Assembly: GCA_947166445.1 (NCBI GenBank)
Contig: CAMVED010000001.1
Span: 28,368-92,367 of the forward strand
Origin: an uncultured Mycoplasmatota bacterium
Lineage (GTDB): Bacteria; Bacillota_I; Bacilli_A; RF39; UBA660
DNA: 64,000 bases
Direction of reading: 5' to 3'
Made by a program: the position numbers and the translations under genes. The notes below the pieces were generated by a model, which saw only the letters and a list, made by a program, of their open reading frames with translations, was not told the DNA's origin and ran no database searches. Positions 21,717 through 31,217 of this stretch are shown here, piece by piece; positions within the stretch are counted from its first letter, which is position 1; every line of letters starts with the position of its first letter.

Positions 21717-23099
21717 TTATGTTAATTGTTTTTCAATATTGTTGATTGCATCATTTAAATCCTTATTAATCTTCATTTCTCTTTCAATTTTATTACAAGC
21801 ATGTATTACAGTAGCATGATTTTTACCAGAAAATTCAATACCAATTCTTTCAAAAGACTCATCTGTAAGTTTTCTACACAAATACATAGCAACTTGTCTG
21901 GGAATAGCTAAATTTGGAGTTCTTTTCTTGGATTTCATATCCTCAAATGATATCTTATAAAAGTTAGCTACACTTTTTTGTATTCTACGAATATTATTCT
22001 GATCTGTAACAGTTTCTTTTTTAGTAAAATCTCTTAAAGCTTCCATGGCAAATTCTAAAGTAATATCAGTAACTCCCATAACTGCTGAATAAGCAATAAG
22101 TCTAGTAATGGAGCCTTCAAGCTGTCTTACATCATTGCCAACATTCGAAGCTATAAATGAAATAACATCATCGTTAATAAACAAAGCTTCTCGTTTTAGT
22201 TTTTTCTTAATAATGGCAACCTTTAAATCATAGTCAGGTGGACTAATATCGACTTGTAATCCCCAAGCAAATCTTGTTCTAAGTCTATCTTCAAGGACTT
22301 TTAAATCTTCTGGAGATCTATCAGAAGAAACAATAATTTGCTTACTATCATTATATAAATTATTAAATGTGTGAAAAAACTCTTGTTGCGTCTTCTCTGC
22401 CCCTCCTAAAAACTGAATATCATCAATTAACAATACATCAACATTACGATATTTACTCTTAAAAAAAGTTGCATAATCCAAGTTATTAAAATTATTTCCT
22501 TTTCTAGCAAGACCAGTAAAGTCATTCATAAAGTCATCACTAGTAACATATAATACCCGTTTTTTAAATTTATCTTCAATATAATTACCAATAGCATGCA
22601 TTAAATGAGTCTTACCAAGACCACTATTACCATATATAAATAAAGGATTATATAAAGTACCTGGGTTTTCAGCAACAGCAAGAGCGGCAGCTTGAGCAAA
22701 TTTATTTGATTCCCCTACTACAAAACTTTCAAATGTATAATTCTTATTTAAATTTGAAACATGATCCTTAATATAAGAAGAATTATTAACACTATCATTA
22801 GTAACAGGCTGATTTATATTATCCTTCTCTTTTTTTAAAAAATCATCAACATTATCTTGTAATATATATTTAATATTATCAACATTAGTTGTTAATAAGT
22901 TATTAAAACTATCAAGAATAATATCTTTATAATTTCTATCAATATGATTCTTATACCACATAATTGGAATAACTAATCTTACATTAGTATCTTCTATACC
23001 TATAAAATCAATATTTTTAAACCATGTATCATAAGATAAAGGATCGACGATATTACTAATATTATTTAAAACTTTAGACCATAATAATTTATCATCCAT
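21717..23099 (-). CDS. dnaA: Chromosomal replication initiator DnaA
   Basis: AAA+ GNSGLGKTHL. C-terminal DNA-binding domain. Length 460 aa. Confidence 0.97.
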   Translation of the reverse strand: MDDKLLWSKVLNNISNIVDPLSYDTWFKNIDFIGIEDTNVRLVIPIMWYKNHIDRNYKDIILDSFNNLLTTNVDNIKYILQDNVDDFLKKEKDNINQPVTNDSVNNSSYIKDHVSNLNKNYTFESFVVGESNKFAQAAALAVAENPGTLYNPLFIYGNSGLGKTHLMHAIGNYIEDKFKKRVLYVTSDDFMNDFTGLARKGNNFNNLDYATFFKSKYRNVDVLLIDDIQFLGGAEKTQQEFFHTFNNLYNDSKQIIVSSDRSPEDLKVLEDRLRTRFAWGLQVDISPPDYDLKVAIIKKKLKREALFINDDVISFIASNVGNDVRQLEGSITRLIAYSAVMGVTDITLEFAMEALRDFTKKETVTDQNNIRRIQKSVANFYKISFEDMKSKKRTPNLAIPRQVAMYLCRKLTDESFERIGIEFSGKNHATVIHACNKIEREMKINKDLNDAINNIEKQLT

Positions 23100-23419
23100 A
23101 ATACCATCTCCCCACCTAAAATAAAGTATTTACCACTTAATTCAATTCTAATACATTTAATAAAAAATTAAAAGTTAAAAAAGAAATTAACATACTTATT
23201 AACATAATTGTTAACATGATTTTTCCTTTAAATACATACTATAAAATAGTTTTTAACAAATTTCAAGTGAAAATGATATTAACATGTTAACAATTAACAA
23301 ACGTTGTTAATAATAAAAAATGTTAATTAACGTTAAAATGGTTAATAACTTAAAAAATATTGACAAATCCCCTATTTTTCATATACAATAAAACCGATTA
23401 AGTTTGGAGGTGTATTAAC
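23100..23419. other. oriC part 2: DnaA-box-variant cluster (TTATTAACA 23196, TGTTAATAA 23305, TGTTAATTA 23321, GGTTAATAA 23340), plus the rpmH promoter TTGACA(23360)-N18-TACAAT
   Basis: Repeated 9-mers and their reverse complements in the dnaA/rpmH divergent region. Confidence 0.6.
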
Positions 23420-23545
23420 TTGAAAAAAGGAACTTTTCAACCAAATAGCAGAAAAATGAAGAAAAAACATGGTTTCTTCGCTCATAATGAAGCTGGTATT
23501 GTTAAAAGAAGAAGAAACAAAGGAAGAAAAAAATTATCAAAATAA
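23420..23545 (+). CDS. rpmH: 50S ribosomal protein L34
   Basis: TTG start after GGAGG. Encodes (M)KKGTFQPNSRKMKKKHGFFAHNEAGIVKRRRNKGRKKLSK. Confidence 0.85.
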   Translation: MKKGTFQPNSRKMKKKHGFFAHNEAGIVKRRRNKGRKKLSK

Positions 23546-23586
23546 CAGTCCACTAAAAGTGGATTTTTGATTATGGAGGAATTAAT

Positions 23587-23931
23587 ATGAAAAAACAAAA
23601 CATTGTTAAAAAATCCAAAGACTTTACCAGAATAATAAAAAAAAGAAATGGTAAAAGTAATAATTACTTCATAATAAACAAAGAAGAAAATCAAGAAAAT
23701 ATAGCAAAATTTGGAATTACATTTACCAAAAACATAGGTAATGCAGTTACTAGAAATAAATTAAAAAGAAGAATAAAAAGCATAATTGATAATAATGATA
23801 CAATATATGAAAAAGGAAATACTTATATAATAATAACTAAAAAAGATGTGTTAAGGCTTTCATATGGGCAAATTGAAGAAGAATTAATAAATATTTTCCA
23901 AAAGATAAAAGGAGAAAAGAATGAAAAATAA
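23587..23931 (+). CDS. rnpA: RNase P protein component
   Basis: RNR motif NKLKRRIKS. Length 114 aa. Follows rpmH. Confidence 0.9.
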   Translation: MKKQNIVKKSKDFTRIIKKRNGKSNNYFIINKEENQENIAKFGITFTKNIGNAVTRNKLKRRIKSIIDNNDTIYEKGNTYIIITKKDVLRLSYGQIEEELINIFQKIKGEKNEK

Positions 23932-24889
23932 AAAAATAGTAAAAATATTAGTTTTAGTAGTGTTAATAGTAACATTAACAGGTTGTACTCATGTACTAAA
24001 AGATAAAGACAACAAGCCTGTAAGAAATGAACAAACAGGCGGTACATTAACAGAAAATATTATTTGTAAACCAACAGATAAAGAAACAATAAAAATATAT
24101 AAAGAAAACAAAGTAAATATAGATAAATTACCAAATTGTGATAATTTAAAAATATCTGGTAAATATGAAAATCTATGGAATACATTTTTTGTAAGACCTT
24201 TAGCATATATAATAATTAAGGTAGGAGAATTTGTAAAATCAAACGCTGTATCAATAGTAATCATAACACTAATTATACGTTTAGCACTTTATTCAAATAC
24301 TAAAAAAACATTATTACAATCTGAAAACATGAAAAAAGCACAACCAGAAATTCAAAAAATAGAAAAGAAATATGAAGGAAAAACAGATAATGAATCAATG
24401 CAAAAAAAAGGTCAAGAAATGATGATGATTTATAAAAAATATGATATAAAACCATTATCAGGCTGCTTATTTGCATTTATTCAACTACCAATCTTATTTG
24501 CATTTTATGAAGCAATACAAAGAGTACCAGCAATTTTTGAAGAAAACTTTTTAGGAATAAATATGGGGACAACTCCAGGAACAGCAATGTCAAATGGTTC
24601 ATGGTATTACATAATAATATGTATAATACTAATAGTAATAACATATTTATCATTTAAAACAAATCCATCAATGAAAAATGATAAAAAACAAGATAAGACA
24701 AATAAAAAAGATAAGGCAGACATAAACGATACTATGGCAGCACAACAAAAAATGATGGGACCAATGATGACAGTGTTTATAGGTTTTATGTCATTTACCT
24801 TACCAACAGCAATAGCATTTTATTGGATAACATCATCACTATTTACAATATTCCAAAATTTAACCATGAAAAGAGGTAAAAACGCATGA
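23921..24889 (+). CDS. yidC: Membrane protein insertase YidC/SpoIIIJ (lipoprotein)
   Basis: Lipobox LTGC. YidC 60 kDa_IMP region. Confidence 0.9.
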   Translation: MKNKKIVKILVLVVLIVTLTGCTHVLKDKDNKPVRNEQTGGTLTENIICKPTDKETIKIYKENKVNIDKLPNCDNLKISGKYENLWNTFFVRPLAYIIIKVGEFVKSNAVSIVIITLIIRLALYSNTKKTLLQSENMKKAQPEIQKIEKKYEGKTDNESMQKKGQEMMMIYKKYDIKPLSGCLFAFIQLPILFAFYEAIQRVPAIFEENFLGINMGTTPGTAMSNGSWYYIIICIILIVITYLSFKTNPSMKNDKKQDKTNKKDKADINDTMAAQQKMMGPMMTVFIGFMSFTLPTAIAFYWITSSLFTIFQNLTMKRGKNA

Positions 24890-25497
24890 ATATACAAACA
24901 TTTACAGGAAAGACTAAAGAAGAAGCTGTAATAAAAGCAATGGAAGCATTAAATGCTAAAGAAGATGAATTAGTAATAACAGAAAAAGAAATAAAAAAAA
25001 CATTATTTAATAAAAAAGCTGAAATAGTAGCAATAACAAGAACAGAATTAAATAAAGAAATAAAAGATTATATTTTAAAAATAGTAAAAGATATGGGAAT
25101 AAATGCCAAAATTGAAGCAAAATCAAAAGAAGATACAATGGTATTTAATTTAATAGCACCAGAAACACCAATATTAATTGGTAAGAATGGTAGAACTATT
25201 GAGGCATTACAACACATAACAAATCAAATGGTGAATACAAATTTAGGATCATATTACAGATTTATTATAGATGTTAATGATTATAAAGCAAAAAGGAGAA
25301 TAAGACTTGAAAAAACAGCAAAATATACTGCAAAAGAAGTAGCAAAAACTAAAGTTGAAGCTCATCTTGAACCAATGAATTCATATGAAAGAAGAATAAT
25401 TCATAATATATTAACAAATTCAAAAGATGTAATTACAGAATCTGAAGGAGAAGAACCTAATAGACATGTTGTCGTTAAACCAAAAGAAATAAAATAA
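24886..25497 (+). CDS. khpB: Jag/KhpB RNA-binding protein (KH + R3H)
   Basis: R3H ERRIIHNIL. Follows yidC. Confidence 0.9.
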   Translation: MNIQTFTGKTKEEAVIKAMEALNAKEDELVITEKEIKKTLFNKKAEIVAITRTELNKEIKDYILKIVKDMGINAKIEAKSKEDTMVFNLIAPETPILIGKNGRTIEALQHITNQMVNTNLGSYYRFIIDVNDYKAKRRIRLEKTAKYTAKEVAKTKVEAHLEPMNSYERRIIHNILTNSKDVITESEGEEPNRHVVVKPKEIK

Positions 25498-25543
25498 AGA
25501 TTACTCCGAAAAGTAATCTTTTTATAAACTAAGGAGAATAAAT

Positions 25544-26416
25544 ATGGTAACACAAGAACAATTAATAAAAGAAGCACATGAAATAGCAATTAGCTCTTTA
25601 AAGAATTTTTTAACAAATTTAGGATTTAATGAAGAAGCATTTGAACATATTTATAACATAGAACTATTCATAGAACCTATTGCACTACCTAATGTGGATG
25701 CAGAGTATAGACATAAAGAAACCCTACAAGAAGATCCAAAAGATAACATAATAGTAGTAAATAGTAAAACATTGGATAAATATGTTAATATGATTAATAC
25801 AAATAAAGTAAATAAAAACCAAATAACACTTAATTTAGCTACCACTTTAGTACATGAAATGATTCATGCTAATAGAATAGTATTATTAGACTATGTTATA
25901 AAAAAAACAAACTATGAAAAAGATAATTTGCCAAATATCAATGAAAAACCAAAAGAAACTTGGGAGGCAAAATCAAACTTATTATCTGAGTTTTATCATA
26001 AAACAGACATATTAGGAGATGAAGCAGAAAGTGATAGAATATACTATCAAGGCGATTTCGAGGAAGTTATAACTGATACTATAGCAGTAATGATCATAAA
26101 AACTAGAAATAATAAAGAATTTGATTTAGATGAAGTAAATAATGATCTTCAAAATAGCAAAGCTGATGAAGAAATAAAAATAGGTTCAAAAATATTAACT
26201 AGTATGGGAATAGATACGATAAGATGGTTTATGACAGCAGCATACGAAAATAACTATTATGATAAATTTGAACATACATTTAAAGAAAGATATGATGATT
26301 TATTATATGATATAAGTGATATTCATACATCGGTATATTGCGGCGACACAATAAATAATTTCAGTAAAAAAGAAGCGAATCAAATAATAGAAGAAAAAAC
26401 AAGTAAGAAAAGATAA
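25544..26416 (+). CDS. Hypothetical protein with HExxH motif (LVHEMIHAN); possible zinc metallopeptidase-like
   Basis: Intact 290-aa ORF inserted between jag and mnmE. Only the HEMIH motif was recognised. Confidence 0.35.
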   Translation: MVTQEQLIKEAHEIAISSLKNFLTNLGFNEEAFEHIYNIELFIEPIALPNVDAEYRHKETLQEDPKDNIIVVNSKTLDKYVNMINTNKVNKNQITLNLATTLVHEMIHANRIVLLDYVIKKTNYEKDNLPNINEKPKETWEAKSNLLSEFYHKTDILGDEAESDRIYYQGDFEEVITDTIAVMIIKTRNNKEFDLDEVNNDLQNSKADEEIKIGSKILTSMGIDTIRWFMTAAYENNYYDKFEHTFKERYDDLLYDISDIHTSVYCGDTINNFSKKEANQIIEEKTSKKR

Positions 26417-26481
26417 AGCCACACAAGGCTTTTTTTATTAGTTATAACGTGATATAATACAGAAAAAAAGGAGGAATACCT

Positions 26482-27825
26482 ATGAATGATACAATTGCAG
26501 CAATATCAACAACCTTAGGAATTGGAGCAATATCAATAATAAGAGTAAGTGGAAAAGAAGCTATTGAAAAAGTAAATAATATAACTAATATTGATTTAAC
26601 AAAAAGAAAAAGTCATACTATAAACTATGCTTATATAAAGGACAATAATGAAATAATAGATGAAGTATTAATATCAATAATGAAAGCTCCAAAAACATTT
26701 ACAACAGAAGATACAGTAGAAATAAACTGTCATGGCGGAATAGCAACAACAGAAAAAGTCTTAGAACTACTATTAAATCAAGATATTCGTTTAGCAGAAC
26801 CTGGAGAGTTTACAAAAAGAGCATTTTTAAATGGTAGAATAGATTTAACAGAATCTGAAGCTGTAAATGATTTAATAAATACAAAAACAGATAAAGCTAG
26901 AAAAATAGTAATAAATAATTTAAAAGGAACTACAAGTAATAAAATAAGGGATTTAAGAGAAAAATTAGTAAAAATAATAACAAATATTGAAGTTAATATA
27001 GATTATCCAGAATATCAAGATATAGAAGAAATGACAATAGATAAAATAAAACAAGAAATAGAAATTATTGAACAAGATTTAGAAAATATAATAAAAAACT
27101 CTGAAAACAGTAAAATAATAACAAATGGTATAAACGTAGCAATAATAGGTAGACCAAATGTAGGAAAAAGCAGCATATTAAACAAACTTATAGAAGAAGA
27201 CAAAGCAATAGTTACCAATATTCCAGGTACTACAAGAGATATAGTAGAAGCTTCACTAAACTTAAATGGGATAACATTAAATTTAATAGATACCGCAGGA
27301 ATAAGAGAAACAGAAGATATAGTAGAGCAAATCGGAGTTAAAAAATCAAAAGAAGCCTTAGAAAAAGCAGATCTAGTACTATTAATTCTAAATAATAATG
27401 AAGAATTAACAAATGAAGATAAAGAATTACTAGAAATATCAAAAAATAAAACAAGGATAATAGTAATAAACAAAGCAGATTTAGATAAAAAATTAGAAAT
27501 AAAAGAAGAAAATATAATATATACAAATACTATAGAAGAAAAAGGAATAGCTCCGCTTTTAAACAAAATAAATGAAATATATAAATTAGAACAAATAGAA
27601 ACAAATGATTTCTACTATGTATCAACAATAGAACAATTAAATAAAATAAAACAAACTAGAAATAATATAAAAGACATAAAAAAAGGATTAAAAGAAAACA
27701 TATCAATAGATATGTTAGAAATAGATCTAAGAGAGATTTGGCAAACACTTGGTGAAGTGATTGGTGAAACATATACAGAAGAATTATTAGATAATCTATT
27801 TAAAAACTTCTGTGTAGGTAAATAA
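26482..27825 (+). CDS. mnmE: tRNA modification GTPase MnmE
   Basis: G1 GRPNVGKSS. C-terminal CxGK. Length 447 aa. Confidence 0.95.
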   Translation: MNDTIAAISTTLGIGAISIIRVSGKEAIEKVNNITNIDLTKRKSHTINYAYIKDNNEIIDEVLISIMKAPKTFTTEDTVEINCHGGIATTEKVLELLLNQDIRLAEPGEFTKRAFLNGRIDLTESEAVNDLINTKTDKARKIVINNLKGTTSNKIRDLREKLVKIITNIEVNIDYPEYQDIEEMTIDKIKQEIEIIEQDLENIIKNSENSKIITNGINVAIIGRPNVGKSSILNKLIEEDKAIVTNIPGTTRDIVEASLNLNGITLNLIDTAGIRETEDIVEQIGVKKSKEALEKADLVLLILNNNEELTNEDKELLEISKNKTRIIVINKADLDKKLEIKEENIIYTNTIEEKGIAPLLNKINEIYKLEQIETNDFYYVSTIEQLNKIKQTRNNIKDIKKGLKENISIDMLEIDLREIWQTLGEVIGETYTEELLDNLFKNFCVGK

Positions 27826-27840
27826 AAGGAATTATCTAAA

Positions 27841-28539
27841 ATGACTAGAAACGAAAATAGTAATATAAAACTAAATAATCATAAAACCGAAACAAATGAA
27901 TTAATACAACTAATAAATCAAATAATTGAACATATAAGCAAAGTAAATCCTAGATATTCTAGTATAAATAATGTAGTAATTACATATAGAGATAAGATTT
28001 TTGATATATATAGTAGTTTAGAAAAACAATCTATAGATTTTTGGAGTAATGAGTTTTTACTAAGTGATGCAATACTAAAACACTTAGAATTCAAAGTTTA
28101 TGATAATATAAATTTGTTATTATCATTAGCTACTGATATAAGTAAAAATAGAGTACTACACAAAAAAGTAATAGAACAAAAGAGAATTAAAGAAATAGAA
28201 AGTATTAATGCTTACATAAAAAACTATGATATCAAAAACAATTTATATGAAACCTTAGTAGAGTATTACAGTGACATTGTAGTAAATCAATTAAAGCCAA
28301 AAGATACCATATTTTCATATATAATTATACAATCGTGTTTAAAAGATCTAAAAATGGACAATATATTAAACAAAGAACAAAAAAGAAAGATTATACAAAT
28401 AATAGAACAACGAGAATTAGAATGCATAAAATACAGAAAGAATTTTCAACAAATAGAATTACAAGAAGAAAAAGAGAATCCACAACCAAATAAAATTCAA
28501 ATCAAAAATAAAAATAAAACTAGTAAAAAGGACATATAG
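27841..28539 (+). CDS. Hypothetical protein (232 aa)
   Basis: Intact ORF between mnmE and mnmG. No recognisable family. Confidence 0.35.
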   Translation: MTRNENSNIKLNNHKTETNELIQLINQIIEHISKVNPRYSSINNVVITYRDKIFDIYSSLEKQSIDFWSNEFLLSDAILKHLEFKVYDNINLLLSLATDISKNRVLHKKVIEQKRIKEIESINAYIKNYDIKNNLYETLVEYYSDIVVNQLKPKDTIFSYIIIQSCLKDLKMDNILNKEQKRKIIQIIEQRELECIKYRKNFQQIELQEEKENPQPNKIQIKNKNKTSKKDI

Positions 28540-28601
28540 TTCTTTTTTTTCTTGTTAAAATATAAAAAATGTGCTATGATACAAGCGCATAAAAAGAGGA
28601 A

Positions 28602-30464
28602 GTGATATATATGAAATACGATATAATCGTTGTAGGTGGTGGACATGCAGGATGTGAGGCAGCACTAGCTAGTAGCAGACTAAACAATAAAACTCTGCTT
28701 ATAACAGGAAATATAAATAACATAGCAGATTGCCCATGTAATCCGTCAATCGGAGGATCAGCTAAAGGAATAGTAGTACGTGAAATAGATGCTCTTGGAG
28801 GAGAAATGGGTATTAATGCTGATAAATCACTTCTTCAAATCAAAAAACTAAATACTAGAAAAGGACCAGCAGTTTGGTCACTAAGATCACAAATAGATAA
28901 AGTAGATTATACACAAAATATGATAGAAACAATAAAAAAACAAACCAATCTAGATATAAAAGAAACCTTTGCAGAGCATTTAATAATAGAAAATAATACT
29001 GTAAAAGGAATAATAACAAAAGAAAAAGAAGAAATCAAAGCTAAAGCAGTTATTTTAACAACAGGTACATATTTAAACTCAAACATTCTAATAGGAAGTA
29101 CTAAAAAACAAGAAGGACCTCATGGAGAAAAAACAGAATTACATTTAAGTAAAAATTTAAAAGAACTAGGTTTCACTATTCAAAGATTAAAAACAGGTAC
29201 TCCTCCAAGAATAAAAAGAGATACAATAGATTTTTCAAAAACAAAAGTTGAAAAGGGTAGTGATGTACCATTACAATTCTCATTTTATGAAAAATCACCA
29301 TTTGATATATCAAAACAAGAGGATTGTTATCTAATTTATACAACACCAAAAACACATAAAATAATAAACGAAAATTTAGAAAAATCTGCAATGTATGGAG
29401 GATATGTTGAAGGAATAGGACCTCGTTATTGTCCTTCAATTGAAGATAAATTAGTAAAATTCAAAGACAAAGAACGTCATCAACTATTTTTAGAACCAGA
29501 GAGTAAACACTATGATGACATCTATATTCAAGGCTTTTCATCAAGTATGCCAATTGAAGTTCAAGATAAAATGGTGCATAGCTTACCAGGACTAGAAAAC
29601 TGTGAAATACTAAAATATGCTTACGCAATTGAATACGATGCAATAGATCCAACACAATTAAAAAGATCGCTTGAAACAAAAATAATTGAAAATCTTTTCA
29701 CAGCAGGTCAAATAAATGGAACAAGTGGTTATGAAGAAGCAGCTTGTCAAGGATTAATAGCAGCAATAAATGCAAATCAAAAAATAAAAAACAAAGAACC
29801 ATTAATATTAAGAAGAGATGAAGCTTATATTGGAGTTTTAATTGATGATTTAGTGACCAAAGGAACAAATGAACCTTATAGATTACTAACATCAAGGGCA
29901 GAATATAGATTACTGTTAAGAGATGACAACGCTGATTTAAGGCTTACGGAATACGGAAGAAAAGTAGGATTAGTAAAAGATAAACAATATAAAATTTTTA
30001 AAAAGAAAAAAGAACAAATAGAAAAACTTTTAAAAGAACTAAATCAAACAATAACACCAACAAAACAAATAAATGAAGTTTTAAAAGAAAGTAATATAAA
30101 ACCAATACAAGATAAAATATCACTACATGATTTATTAAAAAAACCAGATGTATCTGTAGATAAACTAAACAATTTTATAAAAGAAAGCTATTCAAAAGAA
30201 GTAGCAGAAGAAGTAGAAATAATAATTAAATACGAAGGATATATAAAAAAACAAATAGAAGATGCTGAAAAACAAAAAGAATATGAAAACATAAAACTAA
30301 ATGAAGAAATAGATTATGCAAAAATACCAAATTTAGCACTTGAAGCAAGAGAAAAATTAAATAAAATAAAACCAACTTCCATAGGCCAAGCAATGAGAAT
30401 AAGTGGAGTAAACCCAAGTGATATAAGTGTTCTAACTATTTATTTAAGGAGTAAAAATGAATAA
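28602..30464 (+). CDS. mnmG: tRNA uridine 5-carboxymethylaminomethyl modification enzyme MnmG (GidA)
   Basis: FAD motif IIVVGGGHAGCEAA. Length 620 aa. The true start is probably MKYDII at 28611. Confidence 0.95.
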   Translation: MIYMKYDIIVVGGGHAGCEAALASSRLNNKTLLITGNINNIADCPCNPSIGGSAKGIVVREIDALGGEMGINADKSLLQIKKLNTRKGPAVWSLRSQIDKVDYTQNMIETIKKQTNLDIKETFAEHLIIENNTVKGIITKEKEEIKAKAVILTTGTYLNSNILIGSTKKQEGPHGEKTELHLSKNLKELGFTIQRLKTGTPPRIKRDTIDFSKTKVEKGSDVPLQFSFYEKSPFDISKQEDCYLIYTTPKTHKIINENLEKSAMYGGYVEGIGPRYCPSIEDKLVKFKDKERHQLFLEPESKHYDDIYIQGFSSSMPIEVQDKMVHSLPGLENCEILKYAYAIEYDAIDPTQLKRSLETKIIENLFTAGQINGTSGYEEAACQGLIAAINANQKIKNKEPLILRRDEAYIGVLIDDLVTKGTNEPYRLLTSRAEYRLLLRDDNADLRLTEYGRKVGLVKDKQYKIFKKKKEQIEKLLKELNQTITPTKQINEVLKESNIKPIQDKISLHDLLKKPDVSVDKLNNFIKESYSKEVAEEVEIIIKYEGYIKKQIEDAEKQKEYENIKLNEEIDYAKIPNLALEAREKLNKIKPTSIGQAMRISGVNPSDISVLTIYLRSKNE

Positions 30465-31152
30465 CGAAACTTTTAAAAAAGAATTAAAAAAACTAAATAT
30501 AGAGTTAACAAAAGAACAAGAACAACAATTAGAAAAGTATTATGAAATGTTAATAGAAACAAATAAATATATTAATTTAACAAGAATAACCAATAAAGAA
30601 GAAGTATATTTAAAACACTTTTATGATTCATTAACAATAATAAAAACAATAGATCTAACAGATAGTTTATCACTGATAGATATAGGAACAGGAGCTGGTT
30701 TTCCAGGACTAGTATTAAAAATAGTCTTTCCAAATCTAAAAGTAACACTCCTTGATTCATTAAATAAAAGAATAGAATTTTTAAACACTGTAATAAATGA
30801 ACTAAATTTAAAAGGAATCAAAACAATTCATTCAAGAATTGAAGATTATAAAGAAGAACAATTTGACATAGTAACATCTAGAGCCGTAGCAAAAACTAAT
30901 ATTCTTTTAGAACTATCATACAATTTAGTAAAACCAAATGGCTACTATATTTTTCTAAAAAGTGATATAGAACAAGAATTAAAAGAATCAGAAAATGCTA
31001 TAAAAATACTAAATTTAGAACTAATAAAAGTAGAAAAATTCATTTTACCGATAGAAAACAGTAAAAGAACAATAATAAAATTAAAAAAGACTTCAAAAAC
31101 AAATAGTAAATACCCAAGAAATTTTACACAAATCAAGAAAAATCCATTGTAA
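30457..31152 (+). CDS. rsmG: 16S rRNA m7G527 methyltransferase RsmG (GidB)
   Basis: SAM motif IGTGAGFPG. Length 231 aa. Confidence 0.93.
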   Translation: MNNETFKKELKKLNIELTKEQEQQLEKYYEMLIETNKYINLTRITNKEEVYLKHFYDSLTIIKTIDLTDSLSLIDIGTGAGFPGLVLKIVFPNLKVTLLDSLNKRIEFLNTVINELNLKGIKTIHSRIEDYKEEQFDIVTSRAVAKTNILLELSYNLVKPNGYYIFLKSDIEQELKESENAIKILNLELIKVEKFILPIENSKRTIIKLKKTSKTNSKYPRNFTQIKKNPL

Positions 31153-31217
31153 AATTTCTTTTTTTGTTGTAAAATGCTAATATAGGGAAAGTATGTAAAA
31201 AGAATAGAGGGATTTAT

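Noticed and set aside
27015-27566. 183-aa - strand ORF inside mnmE, and similar Leu-rich ORFs inside mnmG and rsmG
   Set aside because: Antisense to clearly conserved genes. Typical AT-rich spurious frames.
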